Assembly (NCBI GenBank): GCA_964628095.1 | Contig: CAZVLR010000001.1 | Coordinates: forward strand, 56,777 to 120,776 | Origin: an uncultured Candidatus Saccharibacteria bacterium | Lineage (GTDB): Bacteria > Patescibacteriota > Minisyncoccia > Minisyncoccales > CAZVLR01 | Reading direction: 5' to 3' | Length of the DNA stretch: 64,000 bases | Shown here: one piece after another, positions 27,523 through 37,604 of the stretch | How the letters are laid out: every line of letters begins with the position of its first letter | Position numbering within the stretch: the stretch's first letter is position 1 | Made by a program: the position numbers and the translations under genes | Notes under the pieces: generated by a model | The model's input: only the letters and a program-made list of their open reading frames with translations | Told to the model about the DNA's origin: nothing | Databases searched by the model: none

Positions 27523-28917
27523 ATGTTAAATTTATACAACACCATATCTGGTAAAAAAGAAGCTTTCAAGCCAAGATCGGGAAAGAAAGTAAACCTCTTT
27601 GTCTGCGGACCCACGGTTTACGATTATTCCCACATCGGCCACGCCCGAACCTATATCTTTTTTGATCTTTTTACCAAATACTTAAAAACCCTGGGCTATG
27701 GCGTTTTCTATTTGCAAAACATCACCGACATTGACGATAAGATAATAAAAAGAGCTCAGGAAGAAAATATGCCCTGGCAAGAGCTTTCAAAACGCTTTGA
27801 AAAAGAATATTTTAACAATATGAAAACTTTGGGCGTAAACAGCGTTAAAAAATACGCCCGGGCTACCGACCATGTAAAAGAAATAATCGGCCAGGTAAAA
27901 CGACTGCTGAATAAAAAATACGCCTACCAAATTGAAGACGGAATTTATTATAACGTTAAGAAATTCAAGAATTACGGAAAGCTGTCAGGGCGTACCGCCC
28001 AGCAGGCCGAAGACGCGGTTTCGAGGATCGACGAATCAAAAGAAAAGATAAACAAGGGGGATTTCTGCCTTTGGAAGGTTTCTAAAAATAACGAACCTGG
28101 CTGGCCCAGCCCCTGGCAAAAGGGGCGCCCGGGCTGGCACATTGAGGATACGGCCATTACAGAAAAATATTTTGGCCCCCAATACGACATTCACGGAGGC
28201 GGAGGCGATTTAATATTCCCCCACCACGAAGCCGAAATCGCCCAGATGGAAGCAATTTCTAAAAAGAAGCCCCTGGTAAAATACTGGCTGCATACAGGCT
28301 TTTTAACAGTTCAGGGCAAAAAGATGTCAAAATCATTGGGTAATTTTATAACCATCAACGATTTCTTAAAAAACAATTCGGCCCGCACCATCAGACTGTT
28401 TTTCTTAAAAAACCATTACCGCTCCCCCATTGATTACAATGAAAACGATTTAGGAGAAGTAAAAAGCCAACTGGAACGGATCGATGAATTTACGGATAAA
28501 ATAAAAAAGGTAAAAGAAAAGAAAACAAATAATAAAGAATTTAAGGTTTTCTTAATTAAAATTGAAAAGGAATTTAATGAAGCGATGGCTGACGATATAA
28601 ACACCCCAAAAGCGATCGCTTCCATTTTCAAATTAATCAACCAAGGAAATGCACTAATTTCTCAAAATAAAATTTCTAACGCAGAAGCTAAAAAAATAAC
28701 CGAATTTTTAAAAAGGGCTGACCTGTTCTTAAACTTCGTTTTTAACAAAGAAGCAAAAGAAAAAATCCCAGCAAAAGTTCTGGAATTAATAAAAGAAAGG
28801 GCTGCTTTTAGAAGAGAAAAGAACTGGCAAAAATCTGACGAGATCAGGGATGAAATTAAAAAATTAGGCTACTGGGTAGAAGACACCAAAGAAGGAATAA
28901 AGATAAAAAAGCTTTAA
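27523..28917 (+). CDS. cysS: cysteine--tRNA ligase
   Basis: HIGH motif (HIGHARTY). KMSKS motif. Length 464 aa. Confidence 0.9.
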   Translation: MLNLYNTISGKKEAFKPRSGKKVNLFVCGPTVYDYSHIGHARTYIFFDLFTKYLKTLGYGVFYLQNITDIDDKIIKRAQEENMPWQELSKRFEKEYFNNMKTLGVNSVKKYARATDHVKEIIGQVKRLLNKKYAYQIEDGIYYNVKKFKNYGKLSGRTAQQAEDAVSRIDESKEKINKGDFCLWKVSKNNEPGWPSPWQKGRPGWHIEDTAITEKYFGPQYDIHGGGGDLIFPHHEAEIAQMEAISKKKPLVKYWLHTGFLTVQGKKMSKSLGNFITINDFLKNNSARTIRLFFLKNHYRSPIDYNENDLGEVKSQLERIDEFTDKIKKVKEKKTNNKEFKVFLIKIEKEFNEAMADDINTPKAIASIFKLINQGNALISQNKISNAEAKKITEFLKRADLFLNFVFNKEAKEKIPAKVLELIKERAAFRREKNWQKSDEIRDEIKKLGYWVEDTKEGIKIKKL

Positions 28918-29942
28918 TTGCTCTTTTGGGTAGTATTTCCTTTTATTAAAAGGTTGCCAATGGTATTAATATAGCTAGGCAAATCTTCGAGCTGCTTGGC
29001 TAAATTCCGCTCGCTGTTGCAGCGAATGCTTACGTAGCACCCGCCGCATTTGTTTTGGGGCACGAATTTTTCCTGAAGTTCGGGCAAAGTATCGTATCTT
29101 TCGCGCACCATCGAGCAAGGCACAAAAGCGCCGTCGGGCATTACCACCACAAACCTGGTGCCGGCCTGGCAACCGGGCATAAAGCCGGTTTCAAAAAACT
29201 GCAGAATTTCCCTTAACACGCCTTCGGACGTAACAATATTCCTGGCTTCTTTTTTAAGCTCAATCAATTCTTCAATCTTCTCTTTTAACTCAGGTATATC
29301 TTCCTTTTTAAAGGACAAATCGTAGTTTCCCGTTCGCAAGGGCGTATAGGCGCTGTAAGATATCATTACTCCCCATTCTTGGGCTTTTTTGGCAATGGGA
29401 ATAATCTCTTTGTAATTGGCCTTGGTAATAGCCGTATTCATAATAATATCCGAGAATCCGTACTTTGCGAGCTGGGGCATTAAGTTTTCAAGATGCGAAA
29501 ACAGGCCCGGATAATTCCTGAAATCATCGTGGCGCTTATCGGGAAAATCCAAAGAAAAAGAAAACTGGTTCACCCCGGCCTTTTTCAATTCCAAGTATTT
29601 TTTCTCGTTTAATAAAGCGGCGTTGCTTACCAAAATTGCATAAGGCAGCCTTTCAAACTGCTTTACCGCCTTTATTATTTCAACAATGTCTTTTCTCAAC
29701 AAAGGTTCGCCCCCTGAAATCTGGACAAAAAGCGGCTTTAAGTCGCGCACCACTTTGGCATAATCCTCCGGCTTCATTGATTTTTCTTCTTTTTTGGGCC
29801 CGCCCAAATCGCAGTGCTGACAATTACAAACACAAGACAGGGTAACTTCAAAAGAAACCACCAATAAGTCTTTATTAATAATTTTATAGATTCCCTTGCT
29901 GCCCAGTTTTAAGGCATCCAGCAGGGAAAAAATATTGATCAT
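28914..29942 (-). CDS. radical SAM protein with C-terminal Cys-rich (SPASM-like) region
   Basis: CxxxCxxC (CVCNCQHC) is present. C-terminal CGGCYVSIRC is present. Converges on cysS with a 4-nt overlap. Confidence 0.6.
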   Translation of the reverse strand: MINIFSLLDALKLGSKGIYKIINKDLLVVSFEVTLSCVCNCQHCDLGGPKKEEKSMKPEDYAKVVRDLKPLFVQISGGEPLLRKDIVEIIKAVKQFERLPYAILVSNAALLNEKKYLELKKAGVNQFSFSLDFPDKRHDDFRNYPGLFSHLENLMPQLAKYGFSDIIMNTAITKANYKEIIPIAKKAQEWGVMISYSAYTPLRTGNYDLSFKKEDIPELKEKIEELIELKKEARNIVTSEGVLREILQFFETGFMPGCQAGTRFVVVMPDGAFVPCSMVRERYDTLPELQEKFVPQNKCGGCYVSIRCNSERNLAKQLEDLPSYINTIGNLLIKGNTTQKSN

Positions 29943-29948
29943 AAAAAA

Positions 29949-31082
29949 TTAAATGTTTAGAAGTTTTTTGTAATTTTTGCCCACCTGCTCCCAGGTCCAC
30001 ATTTTTTCAACCAATTGTCTCCCTTCTCTGGCCATATCTTTCCTGGCTTTTTCATTATTAAACAAATATGAGATTTTTTCAACCATGCCTTTGTTGTCTT
30101 TTGCCAAAAACCCAACCGGACGATCCTGAAAGATAAAACGGTGGGCGTAAATATCGCTAACAATAGGAACGCAGCCCTTGGCCATGGCTTCGACCAAAGG
30201 TATGCCAAAACCCTCCAATTGCGAAGCGGAAACGTAAAAAGCGGCGCGGTTTAAAACTTTAATCTTTTCTATCTCGCCCAAATAACCGTGAAAAACAACG
30301 CTGCCCTCCAAATTAAGCCTTTTAACCTTGTTTTTAATAAATTCTTCCTTTGGGCCGCTGCCTACCAAATGCAAAAGAACATCGGGAAAGCTTTTCCTCA
30401 ATTCAGCCGCCACCTCAATTAAATCCTCCACCCCCTTTAATTCGGCAATCCGGCCCAAGTAAACCATCTCTTTTAAATTCTTCTCTTCCTGGAAGTTATA
30501 AAAAGACAGATCTACCCCATTGGCCACCACCACGGTTTTTGACTTGGAAAAACCCTTCTTTTCTAAAATCTCAACCACTAAAGGGTTGACCGTGCCAATA
30601 GCATCGAGTTTCAATAAAAAAGGCAGGGCAAAACCCTCCCATAACTTTATTAATCTGGTAGAAAGATTCTGTTTTTTAATTCCAAACAGGCCCGAGTACA
30701 AATGATGGATAATGCCGATTTTTTTAGCTTTAATGGGAAAAAACCGCACCAAAAAAGCGGCGAACAGATTGTTTCCGATCAGAACATCGGGCTTTTCTTT
30801 TTTAATGTATTGCCAAGCTTGCCCAAAGAAAGACCAGCTGCCAAACTGAGCGTTCTTTAGCCACTGGGAACGGCCCAAAGAAACAATTTTTACCCCCTGA
30901 TAGTCAATTTTATTCTCCCCTTTTGCTTTTTGCTGGTTTAAGCATAAAATCGTTACCTGATAGTCGTTTACCAAATGAACCGAAGCCGAAACCGCGTGCA
31001 TTAAGCCGCCCTCCATAAAAACAAGCTTGCCCTCTTTCATTAAAGGGCCGCCGGTTAAATGAATAATAATTATTTTTTTCAT
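29949..31082 (-). CDS. family 4 glycosyltransferase (GT-B)
   Basis: EGFGIPLVEAMAKGCVPIVSD (E-x7-E region). Length 377 aa. Confidence 0.75.
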   Translation of the reverse strand: MKKIIIIHLTGGPLMKEGKLVFMEGGLMHAVSASVHLVNDYQVTILCLNQQKAKGENKIDYQGVKIVSLGRSQWLKNAQFGSWSFFGQAWQYIKKEKPDVLIGNNLFAAFLVRFFPIKAKKIGIIHHLYSGLFGIKKQNLSTRLIKLWEGFALPFLLKLDAIGTVNPLVVEILEKKGFSKSKTVVVANGVDLSFYNFQEEKNLKEMVYLGRIAELKGVEDLIEVAAELRKSFPDVLLHLVGSGPKEEFIKNKVKRLNLEGSVVFHGYLGEIEKIKVLNRAAFYVSASQLEGFGIPLVEAMAKGCVPIVSDIYAHRFIFQDRPVGFLAKDNKGMVEKISYLFNNEKARKDMAREGRQLVEKMWTWEQVGKNYKKLLNI

Positions 31083-31190
31083 TAAAATATCTAATTTAAT
31101 TATTTGTTAATTATAGCAGTCATTTTTCCCAATCGCAATTTAACGCATACTTGCCAGCTCTCTTGCGTTATGATAAATCTAAAATAGATT

Positions 31191-32552
31191 ATGCCAGAAC
31201 AACTTCCCGACAAAATACCGCCTCAGGCTTTAGAAGCTGAAAAATGCCTTCTGGGCTGTTTGCTAATAGATAAAAACGCCATTATTAAAGTGGTGGATTA
31301 TTTGAAGCCCCGAGATTTTTACAAAGATAAAAACCAGGAGATTTATAAAACTGCTATCGAGCTTTTTGAAAAAGGCGAACCGATCGATATTCTTTCCCTG
31401 TCTAACCGATTGCGCGAAAAAGGAACTTTAGATGAAATCGGCGGCCGGGGCTATCTGACTGAAATAATAAACACTGTGCCGACAGCCAGCCACGTTGCCA
31501 ACTATGCCAAGATTGTCCAAAAGAAAAGAATTCTAAGAGATTTAATCGACGCCAGCCAGGATATTGGCTTGGCCGCCTTTAACGAAGCCGAAGACGTTGA
31601 TATTGTTTTAGACCGGGCGGAAAAAAAGATTTTCAGCATCGCCCAAAAAGGCCTAAGCCAGGTTTTCACGCCTGTAAAAGACAGCTTGGCCGACGCTTTT
31701 GAAAGAATCGACCGGCTTTCCAAGCACCAAGGCGGCATGAGAGGCTTGCCTACCGGCTTTTCCGCTATCGACAACATGCTGGCCGGCCTTCAAAAGTCAG
31801 ACCTGGTAATTTTAGCGGCCCGCCCTTCTATGGGTAAAAGCGCCCTGGCCATGAACATTGCTTCTTATGTCGCTATGAATGAAAAAATCCCGGTTGGTAT
31901 TTTTTCTTTGGAAATGTCAAAAGACCAGGTTGTAGACCGCTTAATTTCCACCGTGGCTAATGTTGATTTGTGGCGATTAAGAACCGGCCGGTTATCAAGC
32001 GAGGGCGATGAAAACGATTTTACCAGAATTCAAAGAGCAATTGGCGTTTTGGCTGAAGCGCCCATTTACATTGACGATGCTGCCACTTCCAATATCTTAC
32101 AAATGAGGGCCATGGCCAGAAGGCTACAGGCTGATAAGGGCCTAGGCTTAATCATAGTTGATTATTTGCAGTTAATTGAGCCGCGAATAGAAACCGATAA
32201 CGTGGTTAGGCAGATTACCGAAATTTCCCGCTCTTTAAAGGCGCTGGCCCGGGAATTGAATATTCCGGTTTTAGCGCTCTCCCAGCTTTCAAGAGCAGTT
32301 GAACAAAGAACTCCGCAGATCCCACGCTTAGCAGACCTCAGGGAAAGCGGAAGCTTGGAACAGGATGCCGACGTAGTGTTTTTCATTTATCGGGAAGACC
32401 GCTACCGCCCCGAAACTTCGAGAAAAAACATTGCCGATATAATTGTCGCCAAGCATAGAAACGGCCCGGTAGGAAAAGTAGAGCTTTTCTTTGACGAACG
32501 CATGGTTAGCTTTAAAAACCTTGATAAATCCTACGAAGGATACGAAATGTAA
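31191..32552 (+). CDS. dnaB: replicative DNA helicase
   Basis: PPQALEAEKCLLGCLL. Walker A GARPSMGKSALAMN. Length 453 aa. Confidence 0.9.
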   Translation: MPEQLPDKIPPQALEAEKCLLGCLLIDKNAIIKVVDYLKPRDFYKDKNQEIYKTAIELFEKGEPIDILSLSNRLREKGTLDEIGGRGYLTEIINTVPTASHVANYAKIVQKKRILRDLIDASQDIGLAAFNEAEDVDIVLDRAEKKIFSIAQKGLSQVFTPVKDSLADAFERIDRLSKHQGGMRGLPTGFSAIDNMLAGLQKSDLVILAARPSMGKSALAMNIASYVAMNEKIPVGIFSLEMSKDQVVDRLISTVANVDLWRLRTGRLSSEGDENDFTRIQRAIGVLAEAPIYIDDAATSNILQMRAMARRLQADKGLGLIIVDYLQLIEPRIETDNVVRQITEISRSLKALARELNIPVLALSQLSRAVEQRTPQIPRLADLRESGSLEQDADVVFFIYREDRYRPETSRKNIADIIVAKHRNGPVGKVELFFDERMVSFKNLDKSYEGYEM

Positions 32553-32567
32553 CAACCTTTAATTACA

Positions 32568-33164
32568 GTGTATTCTCCCAAGATCCAAAAACTCATAAAC
32601 TTGTTTTCTAAATTCCCCACTGTCGGTCCGAGAACTGCGGCCCGCTTTGTTTTTTATCTGGCCCAAAAGCCAAAAGAGGAAATCGACAATCTAATCGAAG
32701 CGATTTTGGACGTTAAAAACAATATTAAAACCTGCCCGAGCTGCTTTAAAACGTTTGATTCAAACACCGAGGTTTGCGAAATTTGCCAAAACCCGGGGCG
32801 CAATAAAAAGCTTTTATGCGTAGTGGAAAAAGAGGTTGATTTGGAAACCATTGAAAAAACCAAAAAATACCAGGGCCTGTATTTTATTTTCGGCCCCCTG
32901 GCCTCCCCTTTGAAAAAAAACAGCGAAGATAATTTAAGAATAAACGTGCTGGAAGAAAAAATGAAAAATAATCCTGAGGTCCAGGAAATTATTATTGCTA
33001 TTAACCCAACGGCCGAAGGCGAAGCCACCACCCTGCTCCTAGAACGAAAACTTAAGCCCCATACAAAAAAGATTACGCGCTTGGGCCGAGGCCTGCCCAT
33101 TGGCGGCGAATTGGAATATGCCGACCAAGAAACCCTGGCCTCGGCTTTGGAAAATAGGAAATAA
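32568..33164 (+). CDS. recR: recombination protein RecR
   Basis: C4 zinc finger (CPSCFKTFDSNTEVCEIC), followed by a Toprim region. Confidence 0.85.
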   Translation: MYSPKIQKLINLFSKFPTVGPRTAARFVFYLAQKPKEEIDNLIEAILDVKNNIKTCPSCFKTFDSNTEVCEICQNPGRNKKLLCVVEKEVDLETIEKTKKYQGLYFIFGPLASPLKKNSEDNLRINVLEEKMKNNPEVQEIIIAINPTAEGEATTLLLERKLKPHTKKITRLGRGLPIGGELEYADQETLASALENRK

Positions 33165-33186
33165 TTTTAAATAAAAAGTAAGAAAA

Positions 33187-33210
33187 AATCCGGCTTTCGC
33201 CGGGTTTTTC
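33187..33210. terminator. bidirectional terminator between recR and rplU
   Basis: AATCCGGC-tttc-GCCGGGTT hairpin, flanked by A-run and T-run. Confidence 0.5.
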
Positions 33211-33212
33211 TT

Positions 33213-33524
33213 TTACACTTCAATGCTCTTTATTTCCACCTCGGTAAAGCTCTGGCGGTGCCCCCGTTTCTTTTTATAGCGGGTTTTAGGATGGTATTTA
33301 AAAACAATCACCTTATCCCCTTTTCCTTGGGACAAAACCTTTCCCAGAACTTTGGCGCCAGAAACTCTTGGGTTGCCAATCTCTAACTTCTTGGATTTTT
33401 CCACCAATAAAACATCTTCGAAAACGACTTCCTCGCCTTCTTTTTTATCCAACTTCTCTATTTTTATTTTTTGCCCGGGAGCAACCAAATACTGTTTGCC
33501 GCCGGTTTTAATTACAGCTAACAT
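33213..33524 (-). CDS. rplU: 50S ribosomal protein L21
   Basis: MLAVIKTGGKQYLVAPGQKIKIEKL. Length 103 aa. No rpmA (L27) follows it. Confidence 0.9.
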   Translation of the reverse strand: MLAVIKTGGKQYLVAPGQKIKIEKLDKKEGEEVVFEDVLLVEKSKKLEIGNPRVSGAKVLGKVLSQGKGDKVIVFKYHPKTRYKKKRGHRQSFTEVEIKSIEV

Positions 33525-33545
33525 ATTTTTATTTATATTTTTAAT

Positions 33546-34598
33546 TTATTTATTTTCCACTTCTTCTTGAAGCGGCTTTTCCAATTGCCGAACCGCTATT
33601 TTCGACTCTGTGCCGGTAATTTTAACCACGTCTTTATCGATTTTGCCAAACTCTTTGTAAGCGTGGTTGTAAGCCGATACCGAAGCCGTTAAATTGTTGC
33701 CCAGCTTTTTTAAATATTCGTTGTAACTCAATAAATGTTTTGAAAGTATTTCCACCCGCTTTCTTATTTCTTTAGCCGACTGCTCAATTTGCATCGCCCT
33801 TAAGCCCTGAATAATGGTTTGCAAATAGGCATAAAAAGAGGTGGGAGACACAATATGCACTTTCTTTTCCCGCACCGCGTATTCGATCAAATCCCGGGTG
33901 TTGCTTTTTAGGGCGCCGATTTTATTAACCAACAAATCGTAGTAAATCGCTTCGGCCGGAATAAACATTAAGGCAAAATCCAAGGTGTCTTCGTTGGGCC
34001 TGATGTATTTGGCGGTTTCATCGATCCGGTTCTTCAGATCCTGCTTAAAGGCTTTTTCCAGCTCTTCTCTTTTGCTCGGATCTTTTTCTTCAACAATCCG
34101 GTTGTAATTCTCCAAGGAAAATTTGGAATCCACCGGAATCATTTTGTCTTTAGCCACAAAAATCACCGCATCGACAATATCCCCATTTTTAAAGCTGTAC
34201 TGCAGCTGGTATTGATTGGGAGCAAAAACGTTGCTTAATAGCTCCTCTAAAAAATATTCGCCCAATATTCCCCGCTGCTTGGGATTCTTTAAAATATCCT
34301 CTAAAGACTGAATCTGTTTTTGGTAGTCAATCACCTGCCGGTTCGTTTCTTCCAGCTTGGTTAACTGCTTTGTCATATCGCTGATAATCCTGGTATATTC
34401 GCCCGACTGCGTTTGAAAAGACCTGCTTGATTCGCTTAACTTGGTATCTAATACCCGGTTCATTTCCTGCAACTGCTGCTGGAGCATTAGCAAGGAATCG
34501 TTCGGCTTTAGCTCTTTCTTTCTTAAAATAAAAAAGGCTATCCCCGCCCCCAGTGCTACTGCCACTAATAATAATATAATAAAAAGTGGCTCAATCAT
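33546..34598 (-). CDS. rmuC: DNA recombination protein RmuC
   Basis: N-terminal TM plus coiled-coil, then the conserved RmuC C-terminal region. Confidence 0.75.
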   Translation of the reverse strand: MIEPLFIILLLVAVALGAGIAFFILRKKELKPNDSLLMLQQQLQEMNRVLDTKLSESSRSFQTQSGEYTRIISDMTKQLTKLEETNRQVIDYQKQIQSLEDILKNPKQRGILGEYFLEELLSNVFAPNQYQLQYSFKNGDIVDAVIFVAKDKMIPVDSKFSLENYNRIVEEKDPSKREELEKAFKQDLKNRIDETAKYIRPNEDTLDFALMFIPAEAIYYDLLVNKIGALKSNTRDLIEYAVREKKVHIVSPTSFYAYLQTIIQGLRAMQIEQSAKEIRKRVEILSKHLLSYNEYLKKLGNNLTASVSAYNHAYKEFGKIDKDVVKITGTESKIAVRQLEKPLQEEVENK

Positions 34599-34653
34599 TG
34601 AACCATCTTAACATCTTTTAACTTAATCGTCAATAAAATAATTTAGCCCTTTT

Positions 34654-35610
34654 TTAAGTTAAAATCTCAGTAACTAAAAATAATATGTAAAGCAAGAGCA
34701 AAAATATGCCCTCTTTTTTACTGATCTTGTTGTCGGTTTTTAAGCAGAAAATAAAGAGCAGGGCGGAAATCACCATAAACAGCCGGGCAATGGCAAAGGG
34801 CGAAAAATCAACAATAGTAATCGGGCAGATCAAAGCCACAATGCCCAGCACCAAAGTGGCGGTAATTACCACCCCGCCCATTAAATCGCCCAAAACCATC
34901 CAATCCTGGCCCCTACGAGCTGCCTGGATAGAAAAAAATGCTTCGGGCAAGCAATTACCCAAACCCACCACAAAAAGCCCGATCAAACTTATGGGCAGGT
35001 TTAACAGCTTGGAAAAATAAGAGGCGGAAACCACCACCCCCTCAGAACCCACTAAAAGCAGGATAACGCTTAATAATAAAAAGAATAAATTTTTAGCGAT
35101 GTATTTGGGCTTTGTTTTTTTTGTTTCGTGTTCGTAAATCTTAGAGAACCTTTCGTTTTTAGAAAAAAGCCAGAAGATGTAAATAATAAAGCTTAAAATC
35201 AACACTAAGCCGTCGGGCCTTGAAAGCTTTTGATCAATAATCAAAAACAGGGGCAAAACCGCAATAATAATGGTAAAAATTGACGTACCCTGAACCGTCC
35301 GACTTTCCGAAGACAAGCCGCCCCGCGACAATAAAGCTGCCAAGCCGATTATCAAAGTTAAATCCACAATATTGCCTCCGATCACATCGCCAAAGGAAAG
35401 CTGTGGCACTTTATTAAAAGCCGAAACCAAGCCCACAAAGAAATTTGGAGCTGAGGCGGCAAAAGCCATAATAAAAAAGCCCACCACGAATTCCCGAACT
35501 TTCAAAAAGAACGACACCTTAGAAAGATTGCTCACCAGCCACTTGCTCGAAAAAGAAAGCAGTACAAAAGAAGCAACAAACAATAAAATATGAATTATTA
35601 AAAACAACAT
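34654..35610 (-). CDS. Ca2+/cation antiporter (CaCA/YrbG-like sodium/calcium exchanger membrane protein)
   Basis: Two alpha-repeat regions (GNIVDLTLIIG and GNCLPEAFFSI). About 10 TM helices. Confidence 0.55.
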   Translation of the reverse strand: MLFLIIHILLFVASFVLLSFSSKWLVSNLSKVSFFLKVREFVVGFFIMAFAASAPNFFVGLVSAFNKVPQLSFGDVIGGNIVDLTLIIGLAALLSRGGLSSESRTVQGTSIFTIIIAVLPLFLIIDQKLSRPDGLVLILSFIIYIFWLFSKNERFSKIYEHETKKTKPKYIAKNLFFLLLSVILLLVGSEGVVVSASYFSKLLNLPISLIGLFVVGLGNCLPEAFFSIQAARRGQDWMVLGDLMGGVVITATLVLGIVALICPITIVDFSPFAIARLFMVISALLFIFCLKTDNKISKKEGIFLLLLYILFLVTEILT

Positions 35611-36725
35611 TATTTTATAAAATAAATGATTTCATAAATTATGCCCAGGATAAAAATCAGCATTAAAGGATAGGTTAAAAGCCTGTATTTGGCTGTTTTT
35701 ATACTCTGGTACATTAATAAAATTAAAATGCCATCGATTCCCAGAAAAATACCGCCCACAAAGGAAACAACCCGAATAAAGCTTTGAAAGCCCAAAATAA
35801 ACAGCAATAAAGGAACAAAGCAGGTAAGCGCCCAGGCCAAGCCCTTTTTCAATTTTAAATCGTATTCAAAAATACTTCTTAGTACCAGGCCCGAAGCAAT
35901 AAAAGAAGTAATAATTACCAAAAAGCCGAAAATGGCTGACAGATAAAGAATGTTTTGACCCAGGGCCTGGCCCAAGCCCAAAAAGGCCGATTCGGAAGTT
36001 GAACTCCCGCTGACCCCTAAAACAAAAAAGGTAAAAAGAATAGAGATAATTAAGGACAATATTACCCCCAGCACCACCACCTTTTTTAAAAGCTGCTTTT
36101 GGTCGACAAGCATGGCTTCCAACTCCGGGATAATCGAGGTACCCCACAAAGAAAAAAGTAACGGGCCGTAGGGCAGAAAGAAAAGCTTAAAATTGGCGGG
36201 TACTGATAAATTAACCAACTTTACCGAAAACAAGCTTCTAATTAAAATAAACAGTAAAATGGCGCTGAAAACAATTACGGCCCAGAATTCAAAACGGCCA
36301 ATCGCTTTTAAGCCGCGGTATATAAAAAGGGCGCCGATTAAAAAAAATACGAGAGTGTAAAAAAAAGCGGAGCCGCCAATTATAGGTTCCAACATATTTT
36401 TTAGGAATTCACCGCCTAAAATAACATAAACCAACAGGGAGCCGTAAACCCCTAAAATTAAAGAAATTGCCGCTGTTTTTTCGCCCCAAGGGCCAAGATA
36501 AGTTCGGGCAAAGCCAGTAAACCTTTTCTGATCCGGAGTTCTTATTACCACGTACGCAAACAGCAAATGAACAACTAAAGCCAAAGCGCCGATAATTAAA
36601 AAATAAACTAGCATTAAGGATGTCCCGACCCGAGAGGCGATATAGGGCAAGGAAAAAAGGCCAGCGCCAATAATCGTACCCATTAAGGTTGTTACCGGAT
36701 AAAAGAATTGCTTGAATTTGGACAT
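35610..36725 (-). CDS. amino acid permease-like transporter
   Basis: About 11 TM helices. N-terminal motif GTIIGAGLFSLPY. Confidence 0.5.
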   Translation of the reverse strand: MSKFKQFFYPVTTLMGTIIGAGLFSLPYIASRVGTSLMLVYFLIIGALALVVHLLFAYVVIRTPDQKRFTGFARTYLGPWGEKTAAISLILGVYGSLLVYVILGGEFLKNMLEPIIGGSAFFYTLVFFLIGALFIYRGLKAIGRFEFWAVIVFSAILLFILIRSLFSVKLVNLSVPANFKLFFLPYGPLLFSLWGTSIIPELEAMLVDQKQLLKKVVVLGVILSLIISILFTFFVLGVSGSSTSESAFLGLGQALGQNILYLSAIFGFLVIITSFIASGLVLRSIFEYDLKLKKGLAWALTCFVPLLLFILGFQSFIRVVSFVGGIFLGIDGILILLMYQSIKTAKYRLLTYPLMLIFILGIIYEIIYFIK

Positions 36726-36823
36726 TAATGTATTTTAGCAGAAAAAATAACTATTTTGAATAAAAAAGAGGGCAAGTTAAAAAACAACTTGCCCTTTGCC
36801 CTCCCCTCACGAAAAGAAAATTA

Positions 36824-37300
36824 TTAATCGCACGAGTCGCACTGACATTCGCTGAGGTAGCCGATGAGGCTCAAAGAAAATAAAGATACTGCCATCATAC
36901 AGTAAAGAGAATCCTTGCAGATGCAACCATACGGAATCCAGTAGATAACGCTGGTTGACATGCCGGCAGTATAAACCTCACACCACGATTCGTTGGTAAG
37001 GCCGTACACCAGCAATGGTATAAATACCATGGCTATTACCGGCTGCATACAGGCGGCAACATCACAGAAATTCGGGGAATAATCATAATCTCCAAAGCCC
37101 GCCTTGTTCACCTGCGCCAGAAAATTCTGGATTCTCTGCTCGCTCCAGCCCGCTTCAGCCAGCCTTGTTTCCAGGATTTCTTTTAAAGAAATATTATCCT
37201 GGGGACAGTTCTGGCATTCCTGTTCTGCCCTAACAATGGGCACAGCCGCTGAAACAAAAAGGAAAACAAATATTACTGTTAGCGCGATAAACCTTTTCAT
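36824..37300 (-). CDS. secreted cysteine-rich hypothetical protein
   Basis: Signal peptide with AxA site (IVRAEQE). About 12 Cys in 158 aa. Confidence 0.4.
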   Translation of the reverse strand: MKRFIALTVIFVFLFVSAAVPIVRAEQECQNCPQDNISLKEILETRLAEAGWSEQRIQNFLAQVNKAGFGDYDYSPNFCDVAACMQPVIAMVFIPLLVYGLTNESWCEVYTAGMSTSVIYWIPYGCICKDSLYCMMAVSLFSLSLIGYLSECQCDSCD

Positions 37301-37418
37301 AGTCGTTCCTCCTTTCGAAAAGGCGTTTAAGTTTTCTTCCCGTTACGGGAAATCCTTTATTAGCTTCTTTTATGTACTATGGCCCTATTATAATACCTAA
37401 AATATATTTGTCAATATG

Positions 37419-37491
37419 CGGCCCCAACCGGATTTGAACCGGTGTTCCCACTGTGAGAGAGTGATGTCCTGAACCACTAGACGATGGGGCC
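37419..37491 (-). tRNA. tRNA-Glu (anticodon CTC)
   Basis: GGCCCCA-TC-GTCTAGTGGTTCAGGAC-A-TCACT-CTCTCAC-AGTGG-GAAC-ACCGG-TTCAAAT-CCGGT-TGGGGCC-G. Good 7/4/5/5 stems. CCA is not encoded. Confidence 0.75.
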
Positions 37492-37548
37492 TAAATTAAA
37501 TTCGCAATTTACTGATTTATTTTAAAATGATTTTAATCTTTTGTAAAG

Positions 37549-37580
37549 AAAAAGTCGCCTTTTAAAATGGGGCGACTTTT
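37549..37580 (-). terminator. rho-independent terminator downstream of the small zinc-ribbon gene
   Basis: AAAGTCGCC / GGCGACTTT stem. On the minus strand it is followed by TTTTTCTTT. Confidence 0.55.
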
Positions 37581-37604
37581 GTTTGGATGTTTAATATATG
37601 TGTT

